Source of the DNA: Amphiscolops sp. MND2022
Taxonomy: Eukaryota
Direction of reading: 5' to 3'
Assembly: GCA_964187785.1 (NCBI GenBank)
Contig: OZ076409.1
Span: forward strand, 32,614,001-32,678,000
Length of the DNA stretch: 64,000 nucleotides
Each line of letters begins with the position of its first letter. Position 1 is the stretch's first letter. The position numbers and the translations under genes are program-made. Positions 48,508-61,252 of the stretch are shown here, in pieces. The notes under the pieces are model-generated. The model ran no database searches. It saw only the letters and a program-made list of their open reading frames with translations, and was not told the DNA's origin.

Positions 48508-49492
48508 AACTACTTTACCATGGGTTTTTTGTTGGTACACTGTTGAGCAAAATATCCGCAAAGATAATGATCACTCGAGGAGACTTTTTCACAGCCAAGA
48601 CAATGAGGTTTTGGTACCTCCATGGGTGTCCGTTCTCGTAAAGGGTTCTTGCAGCTAAGACCCAGACGCAGTCTATATTTTTCTCGAAGTCACTCACTTT
48701 GAAAATTTAGCCGTTGGAGCCAGCCATCATTTTTGATATATTTTTTCTTGTTATTGAATAAAATGAGTGTCTGAGTAGTTTGCATATAAGGGTATGATGA
48801 TCAATTTAATGATTTCAAACAAAGGTTTTAATCAGCGGATGATAAAAGTCAAACAATTTTTCTCTGGGGTGGACTCACAAAATTTGAAAGGCGATGACAT
48901 TTTAAAATGACAACTTAGAGTCCTTGATGGTTTAAAATGTTACGATATCAACTTGCGATAGGACTTTAAGATATATAAAACTTCATTCCACCTGAATAAG
49001 TGAGTCCTTTGTAAGCGAAGTTTGACTTTCATTCTCTTACCAAGGTTGAAGTGACATCCGCAAGTCTCAATCCACATATTCCCAATCGGGAATCGAAGAA
49101 GGGTTCAATAGGTATTGGTCATGCTAGCATATATTTTCGCTAGCCTAGATACCTGAGCGGTTTCGTTGTTTTCTGTAAAACACTCTTATGTCAAGAAGCA
49201 AAAAGCCTCGCAGTATAATTTAGCCGATATATGTTATTGTTTTTCATTGCTATGACGGATTCGTGAAACTTCTACGAGTTGAGAAGATGTATCCTACTCA
49301 CCCGGAGTTTCTTCCTATTTTTAAAATTCCACCATAAAATTTAACAAAGGAAACACGGTTCGTAGCATACGTAATCTGCACTAAGTCTTTGTTACCTTTA
49401 CAAAAGAGTGAAATTGAGAGACGTATTTGCTAGAACACCTAATATTGCGTCATTGGATGATTAACTTGCGTACTGTTTGTGTTTTTGCGCAG

Positions 49493-49644
49493 ATGTCTGA
49501 CAACTCTGGACTTGGTGTCTCTGGGGGTGGGCAGCTGTGTGGGCACTGGCATGTACGTAGTGGCAGGCATGGTCGCCCGGGAGATGGCCGGCCCCGGTGT
49601 CATCTTCTCCTTCCTTATTGCAGCCATAGCTTCTCTTCTATCTG
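49493..49644 (+). CDS. Host exon of a cationic amino-acid transporter (SLC7A14/CAT-like)
   Basis: gcag| ... |gttag boundaries; translates (R)[50 protein letters not shown](G), the TM1-TM2 signature of SLC7 CATs, closest by recall to SLC7A14. Confidence 0.93.
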
Positions 49645-49735
49645 GTTAGCACACCACTAAATCTGTAAACATTCATATCCAAAGAAGTCCACCTATTTGT
49701 CTGACCACAGACATCACGCTGAATCGTTCGTTTTT

Positions 49736-50525
49736 TCGTCGGCGCATTCTAGTAGAAAATGAGCCCGACTATTACAGTGTTTAGTTTTTTACAGTGTTTA
49801 GTTTTTTCGTCAGATAGCATAATCTATGGGTAGTGCACACTTTTCACAGAAACTACTAAACTACTGGACCGGCCGAGTCCGGCCAGCAGGAACGCATCCA
49901 AGTTAGTGCAAAGCCCCCTTTCATTTTTTCCATTTTTTAACGTAACATACAAAACCGAACGAGGCTCAAGCTCCTTTACGGTCCCCCTTTCGAATTTGTT
50001 TGGCAATGAAATTTTTTTCAAATTTGTTTTCTCCAAAGGGTCCCCTTTCAAGTTTTTTGATATTTTGCAAGAGGAAGGTTGTTTAAAAATCCCAAACTGT
50101 TCTCCTTTTACATTTTTTGTTCATCGGAACTATGAGACTGTTCAAAATTCTCATTTTTTGTCTGATATAAGGTTTCCTCAATAAGTATCGACCGATAGTT
50201 TTTTTTCGATACTATCCGATTTTCGGAGATGGAGGTTTGAAAAAATATTGCAATATGTCCGAATTTTTGACGTTATATCCGAACTATATTGCGTTATACT
50301 ATCAGGAGGCGAAGGTTCAAAAACAAGCGCTTCCATGTGGCCCAGCACGCTATATCTAAAACTTTTAGGGGGTTTCCGAGCACGAAAGGCATCTTTTGGA
50401 ACTTTCGACACTTTTTATGTGAATTTTTTAAAAAAGTTTTGACAATATTTCCAAGACGTTGCGCTTTTTGGGCCTTAAGTTATAGCGCCGAATTTAGGCG
50501 TTCCGAGCTAGACTAAACGTCTTGT
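49736..50525 (+). mobile_element. Helentron-associated (HINE/DINE-1-like) non-autonomous element, copy 1
   Basis: 5' GTCGGCGC...GAGCCCGACTA hairpin, 3' subterminal GCGCCGA, terminal CGTCTTGT in T-rich context; body homologous to 51671-52256. Confidence 0.7.
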
Positions 50526-50585
50526 TTAAAACAAGACGCCCGCTAAGCACCGGGATATTATCCACAAACGTATCCAAAAACGTAA

Positions 50586-50658
50586 CGCATCAGCACGGGT
50601 TCGAACCCACGACCTCTTGTCTGCTAGACAGACGCACTACCAACTGTGCCACGGTGAC
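50586..50658 (-). ncRNA. tRNA-derived (Ala-AGC-like) segment / SINE head
   Basis: Minus strand GTCACCGTGGCACAGTTGGTAGTGCGTCTGTCTAGCAGACAAGAGGTCGTGGGTTCGAACCC has an intact A box and B box; the acceptor stem does not pair. Confidence 0.65.
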
Positions 50659-51059
50659 TAAAATATCAAAAATTACTATTTACAAAATGGAGTAATAAAA
50701 GGTTTAATAAAGTGGAGATATGGCAGAATTTGAAAAAAAAACGCAACACATATTATGAGTTTCCTCCCCCATTATATGTTGGAGGAAAATAACAAACGTT
50801 TGCGCTAGAGCCCCACCACGTGGTGTAACGACAAGCGCTTAGTGTTTAGCTGGAACAAGAGGTGCAGAAACCAATACCATGAATATAAATCCGGGACTGA
50901 CCACCATGGGATTTTTCCATTTTGCATCCAGAGGGTTGCCGGTCCCGAGGAGGGGTAACCGTCTGAAAGAATGCTCTCCGCCCTGAGTCCAGTCTGTAAC
51001 TGCTGAGAATAACCGGCATTATGCTTTTCTCTTCACAACCACAGTTTGGACAGCCTTTA

Positions 51060-51520
51060 AAAACAATGCCAAGAATAAACAGTGTAAATTTCCATCTTCA
51101 GAGTGATATCGGAATAGTATCTAGAATTGCAACAAACTAGCTCTCGGGCTAGCAAATATGGCTAAACTCAGCAAAAATACATCAAATAGCACATCAAACT
51201 GGCAGTCCACACAGCTACAAGCTGGGCCGCAGGGACTCCCCAGCTTTAAGGATCTCCCCAGGTACCAATCAAGGATCTTTAAGCAAAACGACTCACTTCT
51301 CCTGTTCTCGGTACTTAAGGTAGCATCTTGCTGAAAATCAATGCAAACCGGGGTTAGCACCTCAAAAAGAGTCTTTTTAGGAGTTTTTACCAGTCTTTGT
51401 AGGAGTATCTCCGTGTTTCCGGTTCGTCTCGCTCGGTCTTGCCTCCTCCATTTTGCATTGAAATTGGAGGAAACAGCAAAAAAAGCAATCACAAGCTCAA
51501 TGCCACGTCTCACATCGAAC
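51060..51520 (-). pseudogene. Possible decayed LINE APE-endonuclease fragment
   Basis: Scattered CETW, R-x-H-G and LEDGNLH (GDFN-like) motifs in shifting frames; very degraded. Confidence 0.25.
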
Positions 51521-51670
51521 TAGAACTTTTGACAAAATTTCTGAACATGTCATGTTTCAAAATTGGCTGATTTTGTTGCACCAGAGGGTACCGTTACATC
51601 ACCTAGTCGCTCGAATACGTGCTTCACGAGCAAGAGGTTGTTTGTTCAAATACTACTACAGACGAATTTT

Positions 51671-52256
51671 TAGTCGGCGCATTTTGTCAAAATGAGCCCA
51701 ACTATTACAGTGGCAAGTTTTTTTTTCGTCAGACCACATAATGTATGCGTAGTGGACACTTTTTACAGAACTACTAAACTACTGGACCGGCAAGCGGAAA
51801 CGCATCTAAGTCAGTGAAAAAGGTCCCCTTTCGTGTATTCAATTGTTAACGTAAGATACAAAACCGGACGGGACTACAGGGCCCCCCGTTGAATTTTTTT
51901 CAGCACTGTGCGACTTTTTTCCGAATTCTTTTTTGTCGCCAAAGGGTCCCCCTTCAAGTTTTTTGATATTTGGCAGCAAACTGAAGTTTCAAAAAGCCCA
52001 AAGGGTCTCCCCTTTCAAGTTTTTTGGCACTATGAGACTGTTTCAAAATTCTCATTTTTCGTTTTTTTTTCGAAAACTTCTCCAAAAAAGTTTTCGAAAT
52101 TTTTTTTAATGTCTCCAAAGGGTCCTCCTTCAATTTTTGATATTTTGCAACAAACTGGATTTTCAAAAAGTCGAAAGAGTCCCCTTTTACCATTTTAAAA
52201 ATTTTGCGTTTTTTGAGCCTTAGATATAGCGCCGACTTTAGACGTTCCCGTCTTGT
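51671..52256 (+). mobile_element. HINE/DINE-1-like element, copy 2
   Basis: Sub-TIRs AGTCGGCGC / GCGCCGACT, a 5' partial inverted repeat, 3' stem-loop AGACG-TTCC-CGTCT, T-run flanks, no TSD, internal repeats. Confidence 0.8.
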
Positions 52257-53070
52257 TTATAATTGCAATATCAACCAAATAACTGTTTTATAGCGTATGA
52301 CGTATATAAGTTAACATAATTCGGATATCGTGTTCTTATTTCTGATGTAGTGCCGTTTTTGTCTTTTTTGCATCGTGCCAGGCAGAAAGTGCTCTTCCGC
52401 ATGCAATCAAACCGGATTTTCATCTTTTCAAATTGAACTACTGTAGAACTTTCTAATTTGATGTGAAAATTGTACAAAAAATTAATTTTGGAATATTACG
52501 GTCTTGTGCAACTTACCACCGAGGGGTCCCCGCTCTAATTTTTTTGATGCTTTTAAGTGTGAAAACGTAATTTCGAGCGTTCTCTTTTGGATAACTTTCT
52601 GGAAATGAGAACTATGAGAACGTTCCTGAAGACCGCCATGAGTGTTAAGCACTGAGCAAGAGTTTGTTCATCTGATGTTACACAATGCAACTAGTCTATC
52701 ATGGTCGAAATTTGCTGGTTATTAACATCAAAATGTCGACGAATGGGACGCTCACTCCGAGCTCTACCGAAGGTATTCGCCCTCGCCTAGCTAAGTGTCT
52801 GGTTTCATGGTAACCATTTCAATAGACGTCTTTGTCTAGGCATTCGTGTTGCAGTGTCTACCTACTTGTCCGCAAAATCCGCTATTGCTGTTTTTACTTT
52901 CTTTCTATATTTCATGTTGTGACTTGTTTCTTTGTACCTTTTGTATCTTCATTTTTCACCACTGCTTGTGTTGCGCTGGAGGTTCTGTTTCATTGGCTTG
53001 TCGTATGTGTCAGTTCCATGATCGTTTTGATGTGTAACGTTTTCACTTCGATGAGCTTCTCTCGCAGTTT

Positions 53071-53150
53071 TTGTTGATTTGCTTCAGATTTGCGGATAAC
53101 TATTTGTTGATTGCTTCAGATTTGCGGATAACTATTTGTTGATTGCTTCC
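53071..53150 (+). repeat. ~33-bp tandem repeat, ~2.5 copies
   Basis: TTGTTGATT(T)GCTTCAGATTTGCGGATAACTAT repeated. Confidence 0.85.
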
Positions 53151-55747
53151 GATGCTGCGCACCGCTTGAAGTTGAACAATCTCAAAATGTCATTAAAATG
53201 CTCAGAGTGGCTTTGGGGAAATTTTCATAACATTCAGAGTGGCAATAAAATCCGCTGCAAGGGCAACCTGTGGCCTTCAAAATGACAAAAACACCCGATG
53301 TGATGAACAAAGTCGAAAAGCGTCGCAGTGCCTACTAAAACCAAAGAGGGAGCCTTTGACATAACAAGGTTCGCAAAAAACTATTAGTCCTCGGAAGATT
53401 TCTAACAGACGGCCGTCTGCAGCGGAAGCGCTACTGGCTACGTGAACAAACTGGCGGCGTGAAGAAAAACTCTGTTCGCATACATTCTGTGGTTCGAGTC
53501 CGATGAAATGCTCGACTAAAAACATTAATTTTGCTCTAGACGGCGTTGGAATGACACTATTTTCTTTCGAGAGTCGCACGTTGTACCAAGTGAACAAAAA
53601 AACGGACCGCATTAAAAAATTTTGAGCTCTCAATTTTGACAATATTTGTCAACAATTGTTTCGAAACAATGTTGAGCACTACAATTGAGCCCATCAAGCA
53701 GTTGACACTTTTTGTTGAAGCCCATTGGCTTTCGCACATCAAAAGTGACAACGAAATGACTGATGAAGACGTTTAGACTCTCTGCAGCTTTGAACGACTC
53801 TAAGGTGTGATTACGTAACGAGAGCTTCTTTCTAAGAGCTTCTAATTGAAGGAAAAATTGAAGAATTTACAGAGCTTGTTTTGAATATTACAGACTTGGC
53901 AAATTTTGTGCGTTCAGTTTTTTTGATTCACCTAGTAATGCGATTCATTGTGAAAACTTGCGTTTTGAAGCATGGTGTCTCTCCAGTGGTGATTTTTCAT
54001 GAAGCCGAATTTAGAAAATAAGTCTGAAATAGTAGAATTTAACCTATAGAATTCAGCCTTTAACGTTATATCGGCCAATGTCGAAAACACTGGCTGTATG
54101 ACGTCGTGCCACTCCAGGCCGGCCTTCGTCAAAACCAGCCGCTAATAGTGACACATCGCTCCGCTGCGCTTCGGTCCTGCATTTAGGGCACTAGGGGTAT
54201 GTTAACATAGCTGACTACGTTATAATAATAATTTCGACAAAATCTGACGCGTTTTCAACTTATTGAATTCAATTCGATTTCAAATTTTAGCCAATCAGTT
54301 TGCAGCATAACCAAATATTCTGCTGTTTGAGAGCATTTTTTAATTTTCAGCTGTTAGGGATCTCGGCTGTTTGGGAATTCCTCTCTCCAGTTTCAGTGAG
54401 TTCGAACAAACTTTGAATTTGGAAGTTTAAAACTCGTGATCCTTTTTGTAAGGTAATTCTTGTAAGCTAAATTCGAAATTTTTAACCACTGTGTGTTTCT
54501 GATATCAAAAATTTGCCGCTTCTGAGACTTCACTGTAATTTTGCATTCGTTTCCTCAACGGGAATTTTCTTCATTACACCTTTGAGTTGCTATAGCAAAA
54601 TTTGAAACTTTTTTGGTCCAAGTTTCATGCTTCCAAATAACGGTTCAGTTACTCTATTGGGTAATTTAGAGGTAATTGAAAAATATAATCTGGAAACAAA
54701 TGCAAAATTAATTTCAATAAGATTTTCGAGAATTAAACAAACGCGCATTTTACTACTTAGCCAGGCACTTGATTTATTTGCAAAGAAGGAAGATAGATAT
54801 TTCTATTCGTTTTTCAACGATTGTGTTTACTACTGAAAAAGAATGTGGAACATCAATTAGATGGCGTTATAACGTTTACACTTTTTTCAAGTTTTTATGA
54901 CACGCACTTGTCTGTATCGCTCGAGAGTAGTATACGAATTCCTGATCCTGATGAACCAAACCATCAAAAATAGGTAATTTTCCAAAGCTATCATCAAAAG
55001 TACCGTTTTTTACAATACAAAATAACAGAAAAAAATTAACATTTTTACAAAATTAATCACTCAGGCATTCCATCAAAATTAAGCATATTTTGAAGGCGAA
55101 TCATCAAAAGTTAGCGTTTTTTCGCAACTAAAAATTCGCAACAAAAGCAAAAATCAATGAACAAAAAGTGTCATTGAAAATGTTTGTCACAAGGAAAAAC
55201 TCACTAACCTCCAAAATGGTAATAGAGAAAACTTGTGTAGCAAAATTTTTTTTGGAATTAAAGTAGCATTAAAGTGGAAACAAGTGCATGGTATTAATGT
55301 AAAACTGGAATAACATCAAGTGGAACATCACATGCCAAAGGCGCTTCGCATGCCAAAGGCGCTTCGCATGCTAAAAGCGCTTCGCATGTTGAATTTTCCG
55401 AGACAAATGAAAAAACCGATACAAAAATCTCAAACTTGAAAAAACCGATACAAAAATCTCGGGAAAATTTTAAAATTCATTTCACAAAATCTTTTATACC
55501 TAATTTTAGTACATGGGAAAACATATTTTACTCAATATCTCAACGGGAAATAATTTTATTGAAAAACGTCAGTATTAAAAGTTGTAGATAATCAAAAGTT
55601 ACACATATACTGCTTCTGAATGTTTTTATACAATCAACCCAGCAATCAGCACTTGCCAAAACAGGTGTGAAAATGGTTTTCCCATTGTTTTGAAAATGAG
55701 TGATTTTAACAATGAAAAAAATGAAATCGATGAAAAATAACTATTAA

Positions 55748-56152
55748 ATGAAATATTTATCATTCAAAGAATTTGCTGAAAAATAATGGATTAAAATTGA
55801 AGAAACTTCTAATGTAAAAATAAACGAAATCCTTAATGAAATAACTATTCCGTGTGAAGTGTATATGAAAGATGTTACTTTTACCACAATAGGTGGAATA
55901 GTTAACTTACATTCAACTAAAGGAACACATTGGGTTATGTTTTCTGATAAGTTTTATTTTGATTCATATGGATGCCCACCCACAACTAATATACTCAATA
56001 ACATTAATAATGGTATTTATTCAGAAAATCAAATTCAGAAAAAAATGATTGGTATTGTACAGCGTATTGTTTATATGTGTTATATCTTGCAAATTCGGTG
56101 ATATAATAGGCTTTAAAAGTGCAGTACTAAATTTATACCACCAAAATTTATG
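55748..56152 (+). pseudogene. Adenain protease relic (Polinton 2)
   Basis: GIVNLHSTKGTHWVMF...YFDSYGCPP. Confidence 0.9.
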
Positions 56153-56431
56153 ATTAATAAAGGAAGAAAATTATTACTTATTCAGCTCAATCTAAAACTG
56201 TACAGCGAAGCTGCCCTTCTTCGGTACAAAATCATACGAAGCCAGATTATCAAAATCATCATGAAAATCAATTTGATAATAAAAATAATCCGAATGGTAT
56301 TCCGAAAAACAAATTATTAGAACAAAATCAAGAATTTATAAACAACATATCTGCTAGTGGATTTAAACAATTTCATGAAACTTAATTCGGCGAAGCTTAG
56401 AAAAATGTTTTTTTTTTGCTATAGCAATTGA

Positions 56432-56790
56432 ATGGATCAAACTTCAAATTTTGTAATTAGGTGATAAAAAAGAATATATTTTGTTGAGTATTGCAAAGTT
56501 GGTTATTGTTGAAAAAACCTTAAACAAACCTCAGGAAACTCTAGAATTTTAAATGACTAAGCAAAAAGAGTCTTTTTCATTTGATGTTCCCTTGGAGCTG
56601 CCAGAACAATTGATGATGGGAGTAACAAGTTTAGAAGTATATAAAACAGGTTATAATATAACTCCCATCAACAATAAACTCAAAATTCTTCTGAAAGACG
56701 AATAACTCAAATCATATCAAATTCCAACCATAACCCAGTTGATTTCAATTCGAAACATTACCATTTACAATTCAAATCGTTAAGATTTAA
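56432..56790 (+). pseudogene. Penton relic with large internal deletion (Polinton 2)
   Basis: KQKESFSFDVPL...MGVTSLEVY joins almost directly to the C-terminal VDFN...TIQIVKI. Confidence 0.75.
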
Positions 56791-56852
56791 TTCTAATACA
56801 AACCAAAGGTTTGTGCGAAGCTTAGAAGAAATCAGAAAATTTTTTCCAATAA

Positions 56853-57253
56853 ATGAGTTTCAATAATTTTGAAAGTAATTCATATGGTGTTGGTGGAAAA
56901 CATTATCCAGCTACCACATATATTCGTGGAGATTTTACTCAAAATAGAAAAATTGGCATGCCAGTTAAACTATCAAGAGGTACTTGTTCAACTTGTAAAA
57001 GAAATAAATCCCTTGTAGCATCAGATCAAACTATACAAGCAGAAGGATTGGGTGATTTTCTTAAACACCTAGAAAAAGCTGCTAAGGGTGTCGGAAAAAA
57101 ATATTAAACAAGCCGGGTAGAGCACTAGAGATTGCACCAAACATTGGAATTGCAGCAGCAAGTAAAAATCCAAACCTTATTGCTCCAACAGCTCCTGATA
57201 TTAAAAAATTTGTTCATCAAGGAGAGAGTTTATATTTGGGTAAAATTCATTAA
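56853..57253 (+). pseudogene. Homolog of 35749-36267 (Polinton 2)
   Basis: VGGKHY...RGTCSTCKRNKSL...AEGLGDF...YLGKIH. Confidence 0.85.
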
Positions 57254-57294
57254 TTAGGTCATAAATTAAACCTAACTTGAAAATTATTACAAAA

Positions 57295-58220
57295 TAAATA
57301 TATTCAATTGATAATCGAGATGATTTAGAAAAACTAAAAATTTGCAAAAAAAAAACAAAATCTCTACTCCGTGAAGAAAGATTGAAAGAGAAACTTGGGA
57401 CGCAAAACTTTCATTACAATATGGAAGAAGTTATTGAACCCGTTACTGAAAACCAGAAACAAAGCCAAAACCAAAAACAAAGGTAGAATCGGAAAAGGAA
57501 ATACTATCACTACGAGATTCTACCCAAACTACAACACAAGCAATGCAAGAATCAGGTAACGCTTTGAACAAAAATTTACAAAAATCAATTAAAAAAGGAA
57601 TACAAGAAAATGATGAAATTCCAACTGTATTAATCAGCTTCATACAGATCTCATTAATTCAAACCAAGTTGATTCTAGTATAGTTAGGACAGTTTCTAAT
57701 TTGCTTAATGTTGGAAACAAAAGTCAATTTAGTTAAGGACTCGTTGAATGTAATCCAAATTTATTCACAATTAACCCCCACAACCCCAAACAAGAACTAA
57801 TAAAAGGCTCAACGATGACTTTCCAGAATGGTAACCCATATAATTTAACTGATTCGAATGTTTCATTTTTTATAACTAACACACAAATTGACAGAGAAAT
57901 AGATAACGTGGGTCTAATTCAATCCTTTCTACTTGACATGAAGTATGACATTAGCACTAGAGATAAAACATCTGATAAAAAAATTTTTTATTAAAGATTT
58001 TTTGCAACCGGGGAGTGCATTGAAATTTCCGTCTAGCAGGTGTAAATCTCCGATTTATACCTTTCTTCCATCTGATCCAGATGAGCTAGTTGATCAATTA
58101 GAAAATACTTTATTTTGAAAAAGTACGAGACAATGATAATCCTGAACCCAATGAACAAATCATAGCAATTGCAGATAAACTCCTGGAATGTGATTGTATT
58201 ACAACAAATCAACACCAAAA
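57295..58220 (+). pseudogene. Homolog of 36281-37317 (Polinton 2)
   Basis: RDDLEKL...NSNQVDSSIV...NPHNP...KGSTMTF; LPSDPDELVDQL. Confidence 0.8.
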
Positions 58221-58349
58221 TGTGCGAAGCGCCTTCGGTATGCAAAGCACCTTCAGTATGCAAAGCACCTTCGGTATGCAAAGCACCTTCGGTATGCAAA
58301 GCACCTTCGGTATGCAAAGCACCTTTGGTCTTTATTTCATGAATCATGA

Positions 58350-59887
58350 ATCTGTTTGAAAAGGATCCGTTTCTGGTCTAAAGATTTTGTATTCTTTACT
58401 AGATTCATTGCATATTTTTTTTTCTTAACATTTTTATCTTCTAACCTCTTCATTTCTAAATAATTATTTTTTTCCATGCTTCACTGCATAATTTTTTGAA
58501 TTCATCATAAAACATATTAAAACCAGCTATGTCTCTGTATATATGTTTTCCATCTTTCAATGTTTGTTGAAATAAAATTATGATTATTACTATTATTGCG
58601 TATGGAGCGCTTAGGTAAATCAAAGTGTGACTGTGAAAGACATTAAACATCGAAATCACTAAATCTTCCTCTAGTAAAAAATGGATTTATTAGTTTTTGA
58701 TTACTATCCAACATATCATCAAATATAACACAACAATTTTCAAAAGCTAGTGTTGTTCTATCTTCTAGATCTTCTTCCACTGAAATGTCTTCTATTTCAA
58801 TGTTGCTGTATTGTTCAGGACTCCTCGTAATGGTACGTATTTTTTGTTCAGGGTTATCCAAGTGAATTAATTGTATTTTGTTTAATAACAAATGGCTCTT
58901 ACCACAGAAAGAAGGACGAACTATTAATGTTCTATTATTTTCAAAAGTATTTATAATATCATTTTCAGTATTTATTACGCGAAGCGCCTTCGGGATGCGA
59001 AGTCAGATTACCGGAGGCGCTCTGCGTATTATTCGAATGAAGTTGTTTTGTAAGACACCGTTCGGTATGTTTTGATAAACTTATTTTATTGAAATCACGA
59101 TTACAGTATTCACACATCACTTTTTATTGAAACATTCTATGCATGTACCATACATGTTTCCATTTTTATATGAATAGTAATCTGTCTTCATTATTTTTCA
59201 GTCCTTACTAAGGTAAATCAAAGTATGACTGTGAAAATATTAAACATCGAAATCATTAAATCTTCCTCTAGTAAAAAATAGATCTATTGGTTTTTGATCA
59301 CTATCCAGCATGTCATCAAATACAACACAACAATTTTGGAAAGCTAGTATTGTTCTATCTTCTAGATCTTCTTCCACTGAAACGTCTTCTATTTCAATGT
59401 TGCTGTATTGTTCAGGACTCCTCGTAATGATACGTATTTTTTGTTCAGGGTTATCCAAGTGAATTAGTTGTATTTTGTTTAATAACAAATGGCTCTTACC
59501 ACAGAAAGAAGGACGAACTATTAATGTTCTATTTCTTTTACAAATTTATTTATAATATTATTTCCATTATTATTGTTTATAATATTACGCGAAGCGCCTT
59601 CGAGATGCGAAGTAAGATTACCGGAGGCGCTCTGCGTATTATTCGAATGAAGTTTTTTGTAAGACACCGTTCGATATGTTTTGATAAACATATTTTGTTG
59701 AAATCACGATTACAGTATTCACACATCAACTTTTTTATTGAAACATTCTTGTATGTACCATACATGTTACCATTTTTGTATGAATAGTAATCTGTCTTCA
59801 TTATATTACAGTCCTTACATCTCTTTGTTTACTTCAACCGTCGCACCGTGAAGTTTCACTACTTTCATTACAAACTAAGCACTTCAT
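58350..59887 (-). pseudogene. Zn-finger ATPase 1 relic with ~600-bp internal tandem duplication (Polinton 2)
   Basis: RTLIVRPSFCGKSH, FDDMLDS and FFTRGRF each occur twice (58612-59208 and 59209-59818). Confidence 0.88.
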
Positions 59888-60101
59888 GTATTTAGTTAAG
59901 AAAATCACTAAATTACAAAGCGAATTCACTAAGGGCATATCTTCTCACGTGCAGAGGTACAAGGCTTAGTGAAAATATATGCTCTTAGTGAATTTGCTTA
60001 GTGATTTTACTAAGAAATTACTAAAAAATCATATCTATTGTTTTTAATAATTTATATCAAAGACTCCTTATAATGTTTAATTAAATTTATTTATATAATA
60101 T

Positions 60102-61114
60102 TTATATACTTTTACTAAACCTGGTTGCCTTGGCTAAAATTATACCCTTAAATTCCTCTTTAAGTTTGTCTGAAAGTAGTGGTTGTTGTATACGCTCTTT
60201 ATAATCGTCAATTTTGGATTCATTCACCTCTATTTCATTTAGTTTACAATACTCCACATAACAAAAAGCAATCTTTTCATGGGTTATTTCTATTGTTTGA
60301 TCCGAAATTTCCTCCAAAAAGATTTTATATTTATTATATTCATCACCAGTAAAATAATATGATTCATAACACTCATTATCCTCGGGATTCCGTTTATGTT
60401 TAGTTGTATTATATACTACCTGTTACTTCTGGTTGAGTATTTTGTGCTTTGTGATCTAGTATCTTATTCAATTATACCAAATTCTAACTGATCACGGTAT
60501 TGTTTCCTCTTGAGAACTTTGATTGAATATGTGTTTGTAATTGTTTCAAAGAAACCATCTGGGTTGTTAATTGTTATAAATAATTTAAAACAATTCTCTC
60601 TCACTATTGGGAGAACATCTTTTGCCTAGAAAGCAAGATAAATACTTTGTATATTATGATGTCTACCAAACCGAAATAAGTCTTCCACTTTTGTTTCAAG
60701 GTTTTTATATGCACCTGCATCGTCTAGAATTATCGTTTTACTAGCAAGTGATTCAATATCAAACTTTTCTAACTGCAGCAACGGTACATACCTATCAGGG
60801 CATATGTTTTCATCTTCACCAAATACTATAAAGATTGATTTAGTTTGATCTAAATAATACTTTAGGAAAGATGTCTTACCTGACCCGCTAGTACCATAAA
60901 TTGACATATGACAGTTTGTATTACTGACTGGTTGGGGTTGGGGTAGTTCTTCTGGTTGATTAGTTAAATGAGATTATTTAAAACCCTCGATTTTTTTTAG
61001 TTTTTGGTATAATTTTTTGTAATGTCTAGGTCTAATATAATAATATAATACCAATATTTATCTAAAATTACAATAAAAATTACACATGATAAACCTATAT
61101 AAATTTTTCATTCA
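60102..61114 (-). pseudogene. ATPase 2 relic (Polinton 2)
   Basis: YGTSGSGKTSFL, IILDDAGAY, EDLFRFGRH, and C-terminal SDQTIE...NESKID. Confidence 0.88.
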
Positions 61115-61252
61115 TTTATTTAAAAAATACACAAACCAAAGGTTTGCAAACCAAAGGTTTATGCGAAGCACCTTCGGTACACGAAGCGCTTTCGGTAAAG
61201 TATAATAACTTTATCACCGATTAAGGGAAAAACTCCAAATTAATAAAAGAGT

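Noticed and set aside
49427..49660. 77-aa and 62-aa ORFs from the track
   Set aside because: Wrong frame or strand over the SLC7 exon.
53277..54200. Possible transposase relic and Helitron-like 3' end (hairpin + CTAG near 54190)
   Set aside because: No recognisable catalytic motif and a weak hairpin; cannot be supported.
58033..58347. HTEGAL-repeat protein
   Set aside because: Antisense reading of an 18-bp tandem motif and of a plus-strand Polinton gene relic.
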